64,000 nucleotides of DNA from Octopus sinensis (GCF_006345805.1 NW_021836000.1:62001-126000); one strand, 5' to 3'. Positions 1-12,399 are shown, counted from the first letter of the stretch. Numbers and translations are program-made. Notes: a model not told the origin generated them from the sequence alone.

Positions 1-139
1 TTTAATCTTATTCTCCCGTTATAATTTTTAAATCATTCTTGCCGTAATTTTTAAATCATATTCTTGGAGTGACATTTCTTGTAAGACGGTCAACAATTGT
101 TGGAATAAAACATGCCTCATGAGTAGAATTATTGCTCAA

Positions 140-600
140 TGTTCGTTATATTGCATAGTCCACCGTCATGCATTGATGATGAAAACGATACATGATAATT
201 TGAAAATTTTCATGAATGTAGTAATAAAAACGATAAACTATTTTAAAGCCAAAGCACTCAATTCGCGTCTCAATTTTTAGATATTTTCTTGATATTTCGG
301 ATCTTAATAAATACTATTGTTTCTAAACAACCCATTTTTAATTTCAGTTGAAAATCTTCCTTCTGAAAATTGTATAATTCAGGAAGAATTTGTCGACATG
401 AAAAATGATAGATATGAAAAAAACGTATTCACTGAAGTTTTGCAAAGCAATTTCTGGATTCAGATGGCTGATTCCTATTCAGAATTAGCAAAGATGCTAC
501 TTTAAGTGCTTATTCCATTTGCAACTACATATGAGTGTGAGACGGCATTTTTAACACTACCTACCATTAAATCAAAATTCCAAATAGATTAGATGTGTCA
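140..600 (+). pseudogene. hAT (Buster/ZBED5-like) transposase fragments
   Basis: Manual translation gives YCIVHRHAL..VIKTINYFKAKALNSRL and FWIQMADSYSELAKMLL*VLIPFATTYECETAF, typical Buster-type insertion and dimerisation segments. Paralogs at ~32300-32760 and ~53060-53370. Confidence 0.75.
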
Positions 601-689
601 AATGAAGAAAATTAATTTTCTTAGTAAATTAGCCAATTTGAGAATTGGCCACAATTTTTGAATTAATTTTGTTTATTTAGAAAAATTAC

Positions 690-1030
690 TACAAGCAATG
701 GATTTTGGAATTATAACAACCTCAAGACTCATTTCATGAGAAGAAAGCTAGAGTACTTAACTGATTTGCTGGAGACTTAAAATATTTCTGTATACAATTC
801 ATACAAAAAATTGACATTAAAAGATGCAATTTTGTTTGTTAATATGGGTTGGGGTGACGTATCTACTGAAACCATTCAAAATTGTTTTAAGATTTTAAAT
901 AAATCTAGTCACGAAAATCCATTAATTTAACATTATGACATTGAAATTGAAAGAACTGATATTTTTGATCCTTTAATGAGTGAAGATTTTTTAAATATCG
1001 AATGCACATCAATTTTTACAATAAATTAGT
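690..1030 (+). pseudogene. pogo/Tigger transposase C-terminal fragment
   Basis: Reads QAMDFGIITTLKTH...LTLKDAILFVNMGWGDVSTETIQNCFK, matching the pogo QPxDxGII and AW..V...TI.NC motifs; contains an in-frame stop. Confidence 0.65.
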
Positions 1031-1159
1031 ACTTATTTAAGACCATAATCTGTTTAAAAAATAACCTAAAACTTGAATGACAGCAGACCACGATTAATTT
1101 GTATAAAATACGTGAATTAAGATATTGGTTTAGCTAGACAATAATGATGTTGTCCTTTC

Positions 1160-2620
1160 ATATGCGGATGACATCGTATTAGCCTCACGGGACCAGGACA
1201 TCCAGAAGGCCTCTAAAAAACTCCAAGCTAACTTGGATCGGCTCAACCTATGGCTAACTGACAACCGAATCGTGATAAACGCGGAGAAATCCGCCACCTC
1301 ACTTTTCACATCTGATAAAAGATTGGGAATGGCTTCTGTCGACTTGAAGTTTAACAATGTGTCCATACCCTTCTACAGAAGTCAGACCGTTCTAGGGGTA
1401 ACCCTCGAGATGCACCTTTGCTTCTCCTCGGACACAGACAACCTTCTTTACAAATGCAAAAAAAATGAAAATTACACATCGATAAAACAAAATTAAATCG
1501 CTGCTTTTTCCATGATATGATTATGCAGTGTTTATAAAAACTTATTTGCTTAAATTAATTACAGATCTCTTTGACACTATAAAGGTTGATGAACAGCAAG
1601 ACTCTCACGAATGTTATATATATTTTTTAAAAAGTGAATGAAATTATTTTTGAATAATATTATTTTTGAACACTTGATACTTATCTTTGTGTAATACATT
1701 CCAAGATTTCTATTCACCAAAGCTGAAAAAGTGGCCAGCTAACTTCCTCAGCGGTCGAAGAGGCCGGATCCAACAAAACAATACAAGATCGATGTCACGA
1801 TACTTTCCAAACGGAGTCCCTCAAGGCTCACCCCTTTCGCCAGTTCACTTTAACTTATTCTTATCGGACCTCCCGCTGCCAAACGACAAGGACTTAATCC
1901 TACTATCATACGCTGACAATATTGTGATTTCCGGCGTCATCGGCGAAAAGTCTCTTTCCTTTCTAAAAAAGCTTGGCCGCATGATCTCCCATAAACGGGG
2001 ACCCACGCGAGTCCAAGTGGCTTTTCGAAAGGATTTCCTTGGCCATAGTACGTGGAAACTGTGTTTCCATTTACGATGCCGGGAATTTAGTTAGTTAATA
2101 ACTATTTGTTAATTACATATAACAAAAAAAAAAAAAAAATATTGTGATTGGTACTCGGAGCTGTGAGGTTAACATAGCAAGTTCAAAACTACAGAACTAC
2201 CTCCACAATCTCGAAAGTTGGCTTTCGATAAATCGACTATCAACGAGTTCTGAAAAATCAGTCACTACGCTTCTGACTTCAGCAAGGAAGCTTGGGAAAA
2301 TGGTGGTGAACTTATATCTAAACAACATGGAAATCCCATTTAAAAAATCCCAGAAAATCCTCGGCGCGATTTAAGATAGTCATATGTGTTTCTCCCAACA
2401 GGTTGAAAATGTTAGAACTAGCTACATGAAGAAACTGAACATCTTAAAAGTGTTCCTCCGAAAATGCAAACAATGGATCAGCTTCCTCACACGCCAATCA
2501 ATCTACCGGCAATAAATCGAACCCTCCATTAGTTATGTTTGTGGTGCGTGGGGAGGGTTTGTCAGTGAAACGAACCGTGAAAAATCGAAAAAACTCAAGA
2601 ACGATTTCGGAAAGCACTAC
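1160..2620 (+). pseudogene. Decayed, rearranged Jockey/I-like LINE reverse transcriptase
   Basis: Motifs NGVPQGSPLSP..FNLFLSD, YADN and K.LG; frameshifted. Paralogs at ~17040-18070 and ~33330-34560; related to the ORF at 43632-45095. Confidence 0.85.
1930..2137 (+). mobile_element. 5'-truncated CRE-like retrotransposon 3' end (lineage 4) with poly(A) and 12-bp TSD
   Basis: Encodes SGVIGEKSLSFLKKLGRMISHK then (frameshift) DPRESKWLFERISLAIVRGNCVSI, followed by an A-run at 2124-2139. TSD AATATTGTGATT at 1918-1929 and 2138-2149; the paralog at ~17755-17780 shows the empty site. Confidence 0.9.
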
Positions 2621-3899
2621 TAGGACCGAATGAACATCTATACATCGAATGATTAATTAGTTCTATGTTTTGGACAATCGTGATCTTTAGCAAAATACTC
2701 TCAATGAATGCTGTAATAAATTGCTGGACCAACAAATTAGATGACGCCAATTCAAACAAAATTTTCCAAATAACCAACCACTTAATAATTGGATTCACAG
2801 GGAACATGCACGTTTTCGATAATTTGTTCATTTCAAGTCGTTTTAATTATTTGTATTTTTCTAATTAATTTGTTATGTAGATTGCAGCATCATGTGGATC
2901 CAGGAAATTTAATAATACTAATTACGTCCTTAAATTATTGCTGAGCGGATCAGCAGTCGCTGCAGTTGATCAAAAATAAAATAAATTAAAGAATAAAAAC
3001 GTCAGACGAAGTAAAATTTTTTGCATTACTATCAGACACGCAGCCAAAACAGATTCTCATACTGGCAAAAATGCCATCGTTAGGAGAAATAAGATTTTGA
3101 GTAATCAAATAGACCAATATGGAGCATATGCAATTTACACTCATTTCACAGTCTCAGGAGGAACGTACACCATCGGATATATTAAAAAAATAATTACATG
3201 AATAAAGAAATAAATTGAGTTATAAAATGATAAAAAAATAAAAATTTTCATTAAAAAATAAGATGAAATCCAATAAATGAAGATGACAGAAAAAATAATA
3301 GTTTTTCAAAAGTTTCAAAATAAGTAAAAACCAGATTAATAGAATAAAATCGGACAATATCATTAAAATTATGAAATTTCAGAAAATTTAATTATTAAAA
3401 GAAATTACATATCGAATTATTCTTTCTGAATCCAATTAAATAATAAAGTGTGACAAATAATTGAATGAATACCACAAGTAAATCAAGCGCGTGCTGACAC
3501 GTGGTTAATTTATTATTTGTTTCAAAAATTAAGATAATTAAACAATAATTAATACAAAATAAACTTTATTTTAATTACAGCACAGTTTAAAATGTCAGTA
3601 ATTTTTACCCTTGTTAAAGAACGGGAATCTAAGAATAATCAGAGTCTCAAAAGGGTGTTTTTTATTTATTTAACCTCATTCCCCCTGATATTGGGAGGAA
3701 TGCGGCACGAAGAAAACACCGAAGACCTCTTAGGGTCACACCATAAATTAAGGAGAGAAATCTTCTATAAGATCTCCTTATGGCGGTGAGATTTTGCAAT
3801 CCAGAACGACGTGCGTTACTCTGTGTCGTCCGTCATGGCAGATTGGACAGGACGCATCAACGTCCTTATCCAGTTTGTTTTTATTTGAAAATAACAAAT

Positions 3900-4286
3900 T
3901 ATAAAATGATGGATAAGTTAGAAAATTTAGCGCAAAATAATCTTTTGAGACACTCTAAAAATATTATGAGTTTAGATTTCAACTTGGAAAAGATTTAAAA
4001 AATAAGAAAATTTGAAATTGACTGATTATTTTAAAAAATGTTTTAAAAAGAATGATTTATTAATTAATCAAAATAGAATAAAAAAACAGAATAGAAATCT
4101 ATCAAACTATAAAGCAAAAAAGCACAACTTATTGTCTTATCTCCATATAAACACTTTGGAAGATGTGAAAGAGTTCTTTCTTCGAAAAATAAACCAAAAT
4201 TTAAATTAAATGAACTATAATTCAATAGTTTGAATCAGACCTCCGCTTTCTGGGACACTTTGGTGCCCCATCTCAGGGTTAGACTG
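3900..4286 (+). mobile_element. Right end of a pogo-like element
   Basis: Ends ...GGTGCCCCATCTCAGGGTTAGACTG|TA, the inverse of the left end CAGTCTAACCCCGGGGTGGGGCACC at 49237. Paralog ends at 18965. Confidence 0.75.
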
Positions 4287-5202
4287 TAATAATTTTGAGA
4301 AATCCTTCCAACAAATTAGATCGTTTTTTCGATTTGTCTGACCCAATAAAATTCTCGAATAATCTAAATTCTGGTTAAACTATTGTCAGGAAAAAGAAAA
4401 ATTAAATTTGAAATGGCTACGGAATGCAAAGTTCGAATTAAAATGATATAAACCTCACTTTTGTTCTGATTTTTAACGCAATTTCTTCGATGATTTGTTC
4501 TTATCACGAATAGGTAATTTTCAATATTATGGAAATTGATTATTGACAAACAAATACAGTTTTAGTTAAAAAAAATTCGTGCTCTTCAAGAGCTTTCATT
4601 TCTTCACACTCTTTACGATGTATACTGAGCTTTTCAATATACTGCTGTTTTTGATTAAATCTCTATAAATACCCTGTGTGAGGCAATTAAATCTGAAGTA
4701 AAACTCTGTATGGAAATCAGGCATTCTAATTTTCTTTCGTTTTTACCGACATCACCAATGGTGTCCCATATATATCAATTGAGAGAAGACGGACTCTTTG
4801 TTAAATCCGCTCAATACACGTGGTTACAATTGACATTAACAAGAATTCGCAAAGAAAATGTTTTATGGGCACATGGTGTATTGGACCTGATGGAGATATC
4901 ATAAACCAGAGTCAACTCCATCTTCATACAGCATAAATGGCATATATATCAATGACAAATATGAACTCTTTATTCCGAATCTAGATGACACTGTAGAAGC
5001 CTACGATCTAGTAGTAAATCTAACACAAAATGAAAAGAGTATAGAGGAGGTTTTGAACAAGATATTTCATCAACTGAAGAAGAAAAAATGATAGTCAAAG
5101 AAAGAGATGGATAACCAAGTCTGAACAAACTGGGCTGGATGGAGTGATACAAAACCAATAACTCAATTGAAAAAAATAAAACTACCAAAATGACAAATCC
5201 AA

Positions 5203-5476
5203 TATCTATTTTACTGATTGGAATGTAAAAACATTTCACAAAACAAAATTAAATCAGGAAATAAACAATTAATGCATATTACAATATTGATAAGACAAAC
5301 ACAGAACTAACAATTGTAAACAATCGAAAGATTGGAATCAAAATCCGGTATCTATTTTACTGATTGGAATGTAAAAACATTTCACAAAACAAAATTAAAT
5401 TAGGAAATAAACAATTAATGCATATTACAATATTGATAAGACAAACTCAGAACTAACAATTATAAACAATCGAAAG
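5203..5476. repeat. Tandem duplication of a ~146-bp AT-rich unit (2 copies)
   Basis: TATCTATTTTACTGATTGGAATGTAAAAAC... recurs at 5203 and 5349. The same pair is at ~19883-20157 and a single unit at ~38686. Confidence 0.8.
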
Positions 5477-7019
5477 TCCTGCGCAAATATTAATATGCAT
5501 TCATTTGAAATAACATGAATAATAATATGAATTAATATTTACAAAATGTGAAAAGTAAAAAATGTGCCACGTTATAATAAATAGTAAAATATTATGTAAA
5601 ATTTTATTATATTTATTCGAATTATTAAAAAAATTTAATAACAAAAATAAATAATTTTTTAAAAGTTTAATAGCATAGGAAGAATATTTTACCAAATTCG
5701 CCAAAAAAATTTTTCCCTGAAACAATGCATTGTTCACACTGATGGTCTGATTAGGCACTTGTGTGCACGTTTTTTCGATATTTTGACAGGCAAATGTATA
5801 AGCGGGAAACTATTCGGTATGAAAAACAGTGATATATAAATTTAATCATGTTTTTTTACATTCTGAGATCAACTTAAAACTCTACAAACTGACAGAACTA
5901 AACATACTTAAGCACGCAATCTTTTTTTTGGAAAACGCAAATAAATCACAAGCAATGTTGATTTCCAATTCTGAAATTGTTTATGAAACAAACAGGCTGT
6001 GAACAATATAAAAAGTCTGCTTTAACTTACTCCCCTTCCCATCGAATTAAAAACAGAAATGACTTATGCAAAATGCCAGGTCTACATTTAATTCTCTATC
6101 CAGCTAGTAAGCTGTCGCTTTGTTTGACAGACTAGAAAGAAATGACAGAACTGCTCGGGTTATTTTCATTTCCTGGGACTACTCATCAATAAACCAACGT
6201 TGATTTATTAGAAAATATACATCTGACGGATGTCTGAGTGAGGACTCTCTCGAGGTAGATTATCCTCATGCGGGAGGAGTTGGTCCTCACTCAACAATTA
6301 AGGAATGAGACAAGTTGTGTCATTCGTGGAATCTCATTTCTGTAGTGATCGAATACTTTTTGAGCATATACTTCCCACAAAATGTAACCACTGTCACTTT
6401 GGGTGTCTTTGAACGTGAAGACTTTCCCTATACTGAAGACATGTCTTCATTCTTACCAGCAGGAAAGAGTGAGTTGGCTGAGGTTTTTCCACAAATATGG
6501 ACTATGTGGAATACTGGCCGACGATATGGGAAGACACTCCAAGTACTAGTCTCCCTCCATAGCCACTACAAGTCCAATTTATTGGTAAGAAATCTTTCTC
6601 GACATTTTGTCAGGACTGTATTGTACCTTAGAAATCAGGATGTCAGGTCTAACCTCAGGATGTGTTCCATCAGAAGGCTGATTGAATAAAAATCTATCTC
6701 AAGGTCTTTTTGCAATAATCAATGTTATAGGTGCAAATTTGTACAAATCTGATTTACATGAATGGATTATAAAATTTGCAGTCAATGATTACTAAATCAA
6801 ACTGAAACGAAATAACAAGTGCACTCAAAATGTACGCACTGAATGAAAATTCCGTTCATCCCCTTGTAAAAAGATCATAAATAGCCCTGCCACAAGACGT
6901 AAATGACATGTTGACATCTCGCTCAGGCCGGCCACACTTTTTTGTAAAGATTTCGGAATACTACCAACCCTTCAAGCACTACACGACCCCTTGTTGCCCT
7001 GTGTTCGTATTAAACTAGC

Positions 7020-7832
7020 CAGGTTTGTTAAATTTAAATCATTTGATTTAATCAACAATAAAAATCAATGATTTAAATCATTAAAAAAATCAAAAAAATC
7101 AAAAAAATCATTTAAATTTTTTTAAATGTCTGGAAGAAAGCGTGATTCTTTGTGGGCTTATTTGATAAACGTATTATTCCTGGAAAGACCGGAAGCCGTG
7201 CCAGATGTCGTAATTGTGGGAAGGACATACAAGGTCTTGTATCTCGGATGAGGCAGCATCATTTATTATGTCGAAGTAATATTGATATCCCTGAAAATAT
7301 GCCGAGACCTGAAAGCGAATTTCCTCCAAGGATGAAGGACCATTCATTAATCAATTTCGTAACTACGACGACTTCATCTAAGAAAGATTTGATGGATCTG
7401 CAACTCGCTAGATACATATTTTCTACAAACACTCCGTTTGCTGCTGTAGAACATCCCGAATTTGTCAAATTCGTCCAAATGCTTCTTCCTGGGTATCGTT
7501 TACCCTCTCGTCATCAAATTGGTGGTACATTACTTGATCATGTGTACGACCAAATACATGAAGACTGTCGACAAAGACTCCAGGACAAAACAGTGTCTAT
7601 GATGTTGGACGGGTGGAGCAACATTCATAATGAACCCGTTATTTGTGTCTCGGTTGTGACATCAGATGGGGAAAATTATCTCATTGACACTGTGGACACT
7701 TCTGGATATAGCCACACTGCGGAATATCTTCAATCTGTTGCTTTAGCCTCCGCACAATTGGCTGAACAACGGTTTGGATGTAAAATCGGCAGTCTTGTAA
7801 CGGATAATGCTGCCAACATGACTAAAATTTAG
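7020..7832 (+). mobile_element. 3'-truncated hAT element (BED finger + start of RNase H domain)
   Basis: Left end CAGGTTTG with repeated GATTTAAATCA motifs. ORF has W..CRNC..H..C (BED) and LDGWSN, and stops at TDNAANMTKI. A 1-bp deletion near the start relative to the 21813 copy breaks the frame. Confidence 0.85.
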
Positions 7833-8091
7833 TTTAACTAGCTAATTTTTATTTAAACCATCAATTCACTAGTTTAACAATCGTTAATATGCCATGAAAT
7901 ACGTACAAAACTATTCTGTTCTATAATCTGAAAAAATCTTTGGGAAAATAATGGTATAGAAATATAAGTAACAATTTAATCAGAAATTAATAATTATCAC
8001 AATGTATCAGGTCGCATAAACATTATTTCGAATTGAAATAATGCGTGATTACCTGAAATTATATTTTTGCTGAAAATACGATCAAATAATA

Positions 8092-8196
8092 TGTCACATG
8101 GGTGATCAGACCCCTATGGGCAACCTGGCCTTTACGTGTTTCCATGGCAACTACATAGCAAATATTTACTAAAAGGCCAACTAATATAAAGGCAAA
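8092..8196. mobile_element. Terminal fragment of the TGT...ACA (Ginger-like) non-autonomous element
   Basis: TAATA|TGTCACATGGGTGATCAGACCCCTATGGGC..., matching 22778 and 40865; interrupted at 8197 by the CRE-like element. Confidence 0.85.
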
Positions 8197-8279
8197 TACC
8201 CAGGCTTGTATTTGGGATTAAATATATTATATATACAGTCAAATTAATTAATAGAGAATTAATGTCGTGAACTTGAGGG

Positions 8280-11264
8280 TTAGTCCGACGACGAAGCACT
8301 GCGGATAGAGAGGCAGTTCCCGCGAAGAATTGCAACCGAGATGCGCTGGAAAAGCCAGCTCGTCTCCCTCCGGTCATTTGTATTCTGTGAGATTCTTCCT
8401 CCCACAACCCGTAACAGATTTTCTACCTTCTTTCCAACCACACCGGAGGTCTCAAAGGCTAGGGGGACAAACTCAACGACGTTCGGAAGCACAGCGTACT
8501 TCGTCAACTTCCTTTCTTCTGCCAGCGCACATGCGTAGCCTGGTGTACTGGCTGTTCCTGTGAGCACAGTATCTGAAAAGGAGTCGACGCAAGTTACATC
8601 CCAAACAAGAGACCTTCCTCCTCTAAAGGGGAATATAGTCATCCCGTCAGGACGCTTTCCGTCACTGCGGCAGAGCCCAATAGGTTCAAGGGTCGATGGG
8701 AATCCCGCAGAATCCAAAGCCCTTTTCACCACTTCATTGAGGAGGACGTGGCGGGGAAATCGGCCAGCACTCCTCCTACAGGACAATGCGTGTAAACCGT
8801 TCGAAGGAATCAAAAAACCACAGCGACAACGGTGAGGTTGGCAGATTTCAAGTCCAAGTCGAAGACACACTCCGATACGTATAGTTTCGTCTTCCATAAG
8901 CAGACCATTGGACGCCAACGGAAGTGCGTTTAGCCAGTCTCCTGAGTGAGGCTGACAGGCACAGTTCAAAGAAGCCAGTTCCAACTGGTCGACTCGCGTG
9001 CGAAGACTCTCCAACAGGTGTGTGCACCAGATGACATCCCAACTCTTCTGTATTGAAGGAATCTCCGGAAGGCCAAGTCCGAGCGATCTCCAGGCGAGAA
9101 CAGCAACAGGGTATTCCGTAAGCTCATCAAGTTCGAGTGAGTTGATAAGAACAGAGCGAACGAAATTGCCGGAAGCAGACATCGACGAGAGATAACAAGG
9201 CAAAGCAAGATCTGCACAAGAACGAACCCCAAGGCCACCAAAGCGGAGTGGAAGTGCGGCACGTGTACGTCCCACGTCAGTGAACAAAGTGTTCAGTAGT
9301 AACTGTAATGATGATGTAACCGCGTCATCCAAATCCAAAAGTTCTTGACGTGAGCGAAAACAAGGAGACGTTCGGAGCAAAAAGGTTAAACGGGGGATAA
9401 AAAGAAAGTTTTTCAGCAAAAACAGCCCCAGATGGGAGCCAAACAGTCGTAATCGGTCGCAGAGAGGAGCAATCTTATCTCGTTGTGAAACGATAGCCTT
9501 CGCAATTCCCTTATCAGAAATCGGTGAACCCAGAATCACAAGATCCGCGAGAGCGGTTATACGAAGGCCGTCAATTTTCTCCGAAAGGGCCATAAAAACC
9601 TCACTCTGTTGGGTTAGCGGCTCCGTAAGTCCGATTAGTTCACATTTTGCACCATTTAGAGAAAGGCCAATCTTCAAAAATTCAGATATTATCTTCGAGG
9701 CGTCGTCCATAATGACTTCTAAAGGCCCACCAAGAGTGACGTCATCCAAATACCAAAAATTGATAGGCGAAGAAATGCCACGTGCAACGTGATCAACACA
9801 GACAGCGAATAGTAGAGGACCGAGGGGGTCGCCCTGTTGGATTCCACACTCAGAGTTGATAACTTTTCCGGAAAAAAGTAAGCTGCTCGGCAAGGAATAG
9901 GCCAAGGATACAATTGGGAGAAGATCAGGGCAACGTTCACCAACAGCCTCAAGCATGTGGTCTCTTCTGACACTATTAAAAGCATTCTTGACATCGAGCT
10001 TAAGCAAGAAGGGTACATTCTTCGGTTTCGAAATAGTCACCTGGCGAGAGGCGTGAGCTAGTGCTTCACAGGCCCCTTTAACACCAACGCCGAACTGGAA
10101 TGGCAAGAATTCCCGACACAATTGCGGAATAACACGACGTGACATTATTTTGGCAGCAAGGCGTCTGAAGACATTACCAACTGCAATTGGCCGTAAACCG
10201 CCATCACTCTTACGGAGAGCTGTTAGATTGGCCGAAAATAGGAGATCCCTCGCAACAGCAGGGATGGCGCCCGTGACAATTCGAGAGCAAAGCCGATTGA
10301 TCGAATCCAGGAGAGCACGGCCCGAGTCGGCAGTCAAAGGAGATATAAGGTCCCTCAGATGTATGGGCTTTATTCCGTCAATGCCTCCACTGCTGCTGAG
10401 CGGGAAGGACGACAAAGCAGCTGAGACCTCGGAGTTAGTCGTATGGGGGACATCGGCCGAGCACGGATTGGACGTTAATCGAAGATTTTCAGGGGCACTA
10501 GGATGCTTGTGGCACAATTCCAAGTACACGGCCTCTGAAGGAGGCGCCACGGGCGTGTTTGAAGAGATCACCCGGACTGCCCCACTGACGTCCCCTTGCA
10601 TAAGTTTACTTTTAACTGCCCGTATCATGAAAGAACAATCCGTGTCGTGCGTAGAGGCACAGGACTCCACGTTCTGGGGTTTGGAAGATAAGAGGCCAAC
10701 AGACAGCCAGTCCGGGTCAAAATCTGAATGAACAAAACAGGAACAAGCGTCTTTAATCCGCTGGGCTGGTGATACCTGTCGGCCATCCCGCAATCGAACG
10801 GTACGAGACCCCAAGCATAAGGGAGCAAAGCAGAAGAGTTTAAACCAAGCTTCATGAGAATCGGACGACAGTGCCTGATCGATGATAGTAGAAAGGGCCT
10901 TCGCGGCCGATAGTCTCGCTGACTTAGGGATTCTCGCCAGCACAGGTGATGAAATCCGAAAGGTAGAAAGGAGGCATAAGAAAATCTCGCTATCCAGGCA
11001 GTGGGAAGTAGCTTTCATAACAGAAGCGGGGCGGATTAGGTTGTATGGATTAAGAGAAGGCACAAGACATCCAGAACACTTCCAATTAGATAATAACAGA
11101 GAGCGGGCTTTGGAGAGTCCCACGCAGGAAAGGTGGAAGAAAAGGCCACAAGAAACACAAGTACGTCCCTTCTTGCGAGAATTCAATACATTGCAACCAG
11201 AGCATAAAGAAACGATATTACCATTGTTGGGCTCCTTCTTCAACGCAACTTTTTCTATCTTCAT
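8280..11264 (-). CDS. Non-LTR retrotransposon polyprotein, PHD finger-RT-restriction-like endonuclease (CRE-like lineage 1), 994 aa
   Basis: PHD C4HC3 (CSGC..CVSC..HLSC..WKCSGC). RT motifs GLRPIAVG, KLDVKNAFN, GIQQGDPLGPLLF, WYLDD. CRCG..HALSC knuckle, RH, KRPDG, WDVTC, EERKLTKY. Probable start MKIEK at 11264; the 39 upstream codons translate a T-rich leader. Confidence 0.93.
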   Translation of the reverse strand: MKIEKVALKKEPNNGNIVSLCSGCNVLNSRKKGRTCVSCGLFFHLSCVGLSKARSLLLSNWKCSGCLVPSLNPYNLIRPASVMKATSHCLDSEIFLCLLSTFRISSPVLARIPKSARLSAAKALSTIIDQALSSDSHEAWFKLFCFAPLCLGSRTVRLRDGRQVSPAQRIKDACSCFVHSDFDPDWLSVGLLSSKPQNVESCASTHDTDCSFMIRAVKSKLMQGDVSGAVRVISSNTPVAPPSEAVYLELCHKHPSAPENLRLTSNPCSADVPHTTNSEVSAALSSFPLSSSGGIDGIKPIHLRDLISPLTADSGRALLDSINRLCSRIVTGAIPAVARDLLFSANLTALRKSDGGLRPIAVGNVFRRLAAKIMSRRVIPQLCREFLPFQFGVGVKGACEALAHASRQVTISKPKNVPFLLKLDVKNAFNSVRRDHMLEAVGERCPDLLPIVSLAYSLPSSLLFSGKVINSECGIQQGDPLGPLLFAVCVDHVARGISSPINFWYLDDVTLGGPLEVIMDDASKIISEFLKIGLSLNGAKCELIGLTEPLTQQSEVFMALSEKIDGLRITALADLVILGSPISDKGIAKAIVSQRDKIAPLCDRLRLFGSHLGLFLLKNFLFIPRLTFLLRTSPCFRSRQELLDLDDAVTSSLQLLLNTLFTDVGRTRAALPLRFGGLGVRSCADLALPCYLSSMSASGNFVRSVLINSLELDELTEYPVAVLAWRSLGLGLPEIPSIQKSWDVIWCTHLLESLRTRVDQLELASLNCACQPHSGDWLNALPLASNGLLMEDETIRIGVCLRLGLEICQPHRCRCGFLIPSNGLHALSCRRSAGRFPRHVLLNEVVKRALDSAGFPSTLEPIGLCRSDGKRPDGMTIFPFRGGRSLVWDVTCVDSFSDTVLTGTASTPGYACALAEERKLTKYAVLPNVVEFVPLAFETSGVVGKKVENLLRVVGGRISQNTNDRRETSWLFQRISVAILRGNCLSIRSASSSD

Positions 11265-11340
11265 ATTGAAAATTAACAAAAAAAACAATAAACAGAGAAA
11301 AAATAAGATAATAAAAAACCAAAAGATATATAACAAACAA

Positions 11341-12186
11341 TTAAAATGAAAAAAATTTTGGATATTGACATCTAAAATCAATTAACCACAATTTAATACT
11401 TCTATGAAATAGATAAAAAGGGGTTTTCTTCATGGAAGAATGCAAGCTTTTATTATAATTGTACACTACCAAGTCCAAACATGAAATCCATTCTTTATTT
11501 TGATGTATGAAAAGTTTTTTTTGTAACCAACGAGTTAACGTTTGGTTACAACGTTCTACTTGGCCCTGCGACTGAGGATGCCTTGGACGACAAAACTTTT
11601 GTAAAATGTTAAATTCTGTGCATAAAGAATTTACTAGTTCATTTTTGAACTCTTTCCCATTGTCAGATTGTAAAATCTGAGGAGGTCCAAAACAATAAAA
11701 GATAGTTCTTAAAGCTGAACAAATAGCAGTTGCTTTTTTTGAGACGATAGCTTTTGCAAAACAAAATTTGGAATATACGTCAATGATATTAAATATATAT
11801 TTAAAGCCATCATTGGCTTGGAACCATCGACTTAAATCCACCAAGTCCATTTGAAATCTTTCTCGTGGAAACTTTGCTTTAATGTGAATCATAGGAATTT
11901 GAGCTTTTAAAGGTTGGCTTTGTGCACATGCTGTGCATTCGGAACATACTTCACGTATAACGGACCTTTTGATAGTGAAATAATAATTGTCGCAAAATTC
12001 TTTGAGTTTATTAATCCCATAATGGGTGGTCAAATGATGTTTCATGCATTCCATCTTCATAGTTAGAATGTCGTTCTGTGCAATAACTCGTTTGTGAGCC
12101 TCGTCATTAGTAAAAAATATTGAATCTTCTAACAAGAAAAGATTGGGCTTCTTGATAAATAAAATAGTGAAAAATTGTGAATGCAA
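11341..12186 (-). CDS. Ginger-like transposase/integrase (HHCC + DDE core), intronless, probably C-terminally truncated
   Basis: HHLTTHYG..CTAC zinc motif; FQMDLVD, QSDNGKEF and QGQVERCN catalytic motifs. No gag, RT or LTR adjacent. Confidence 0.85.
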   Translation of the reverse strand: MHSQFFTILFIKKPNLFLLEDSIFFTNDEAHKRVIAQNDILTMKMECMKHHLTTHYGINKLKEFCDNYYFTIKRSVIREVCSECTACAQSQPLKAQIPMIHIKAKFPRERFQMDLVDLSRWFQANDGFKYIFNIIDVYSKFCFAKAIVSKKATAICSALRTIFYCFGPPQILQSDNGKEFKNELVNSLCTEFNILQKFCRPRHPQSQGQVERCNQTLTRWLQKKLFIHQNKEWISCLDLVVYNYNKSLHSSMKKTPFYLFHRSIKLWLIDFRCQYPKFFSF

Positions 12187-12399
12187 AAAAGATGTGTTGA
12201 TATCACAAATTAAAATAACCCCGAGTTAACAATTCTTTTTGTTTTGTAAATATCTTATCATGTTGCGTTAACTTTTTTTAATAAAAATTACAAAATAAGG
12301 CAACTCCCTGATTTGTACGGTTAAATAAACTACAAAATGAGGTTAAACTTCTGATATGTTAATAGAGCTTAATAGATAGAATTACGGATAAGATATTAA

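Noticed and set aside
5501-5758. Repeated ORFs MPNQTISVNN.., MEIRHSNF.. and MKCFYIPISK.. in duplicated blocks
   Set aside because: Conservation reflects recent DNA duplication; the frame changes between copies and the composition is low-complexity.
11265-11381. Hydrophobic 39-aa N-terminal extension of the 1033-aa ORF, resembling a signal or TM segment
   Set aside because: It is the translation of a T-rich leader from an alternative start codon; lineage 2 has a similar untranslated leader and starts at the PHD.
11341-12186. Integrases as parts of LTR retrotransposons
   Set aside because: No LTRs, gag, protease or LTR-type RT nearby; TGT...ACA TIRs and introns fit DNA transposons.
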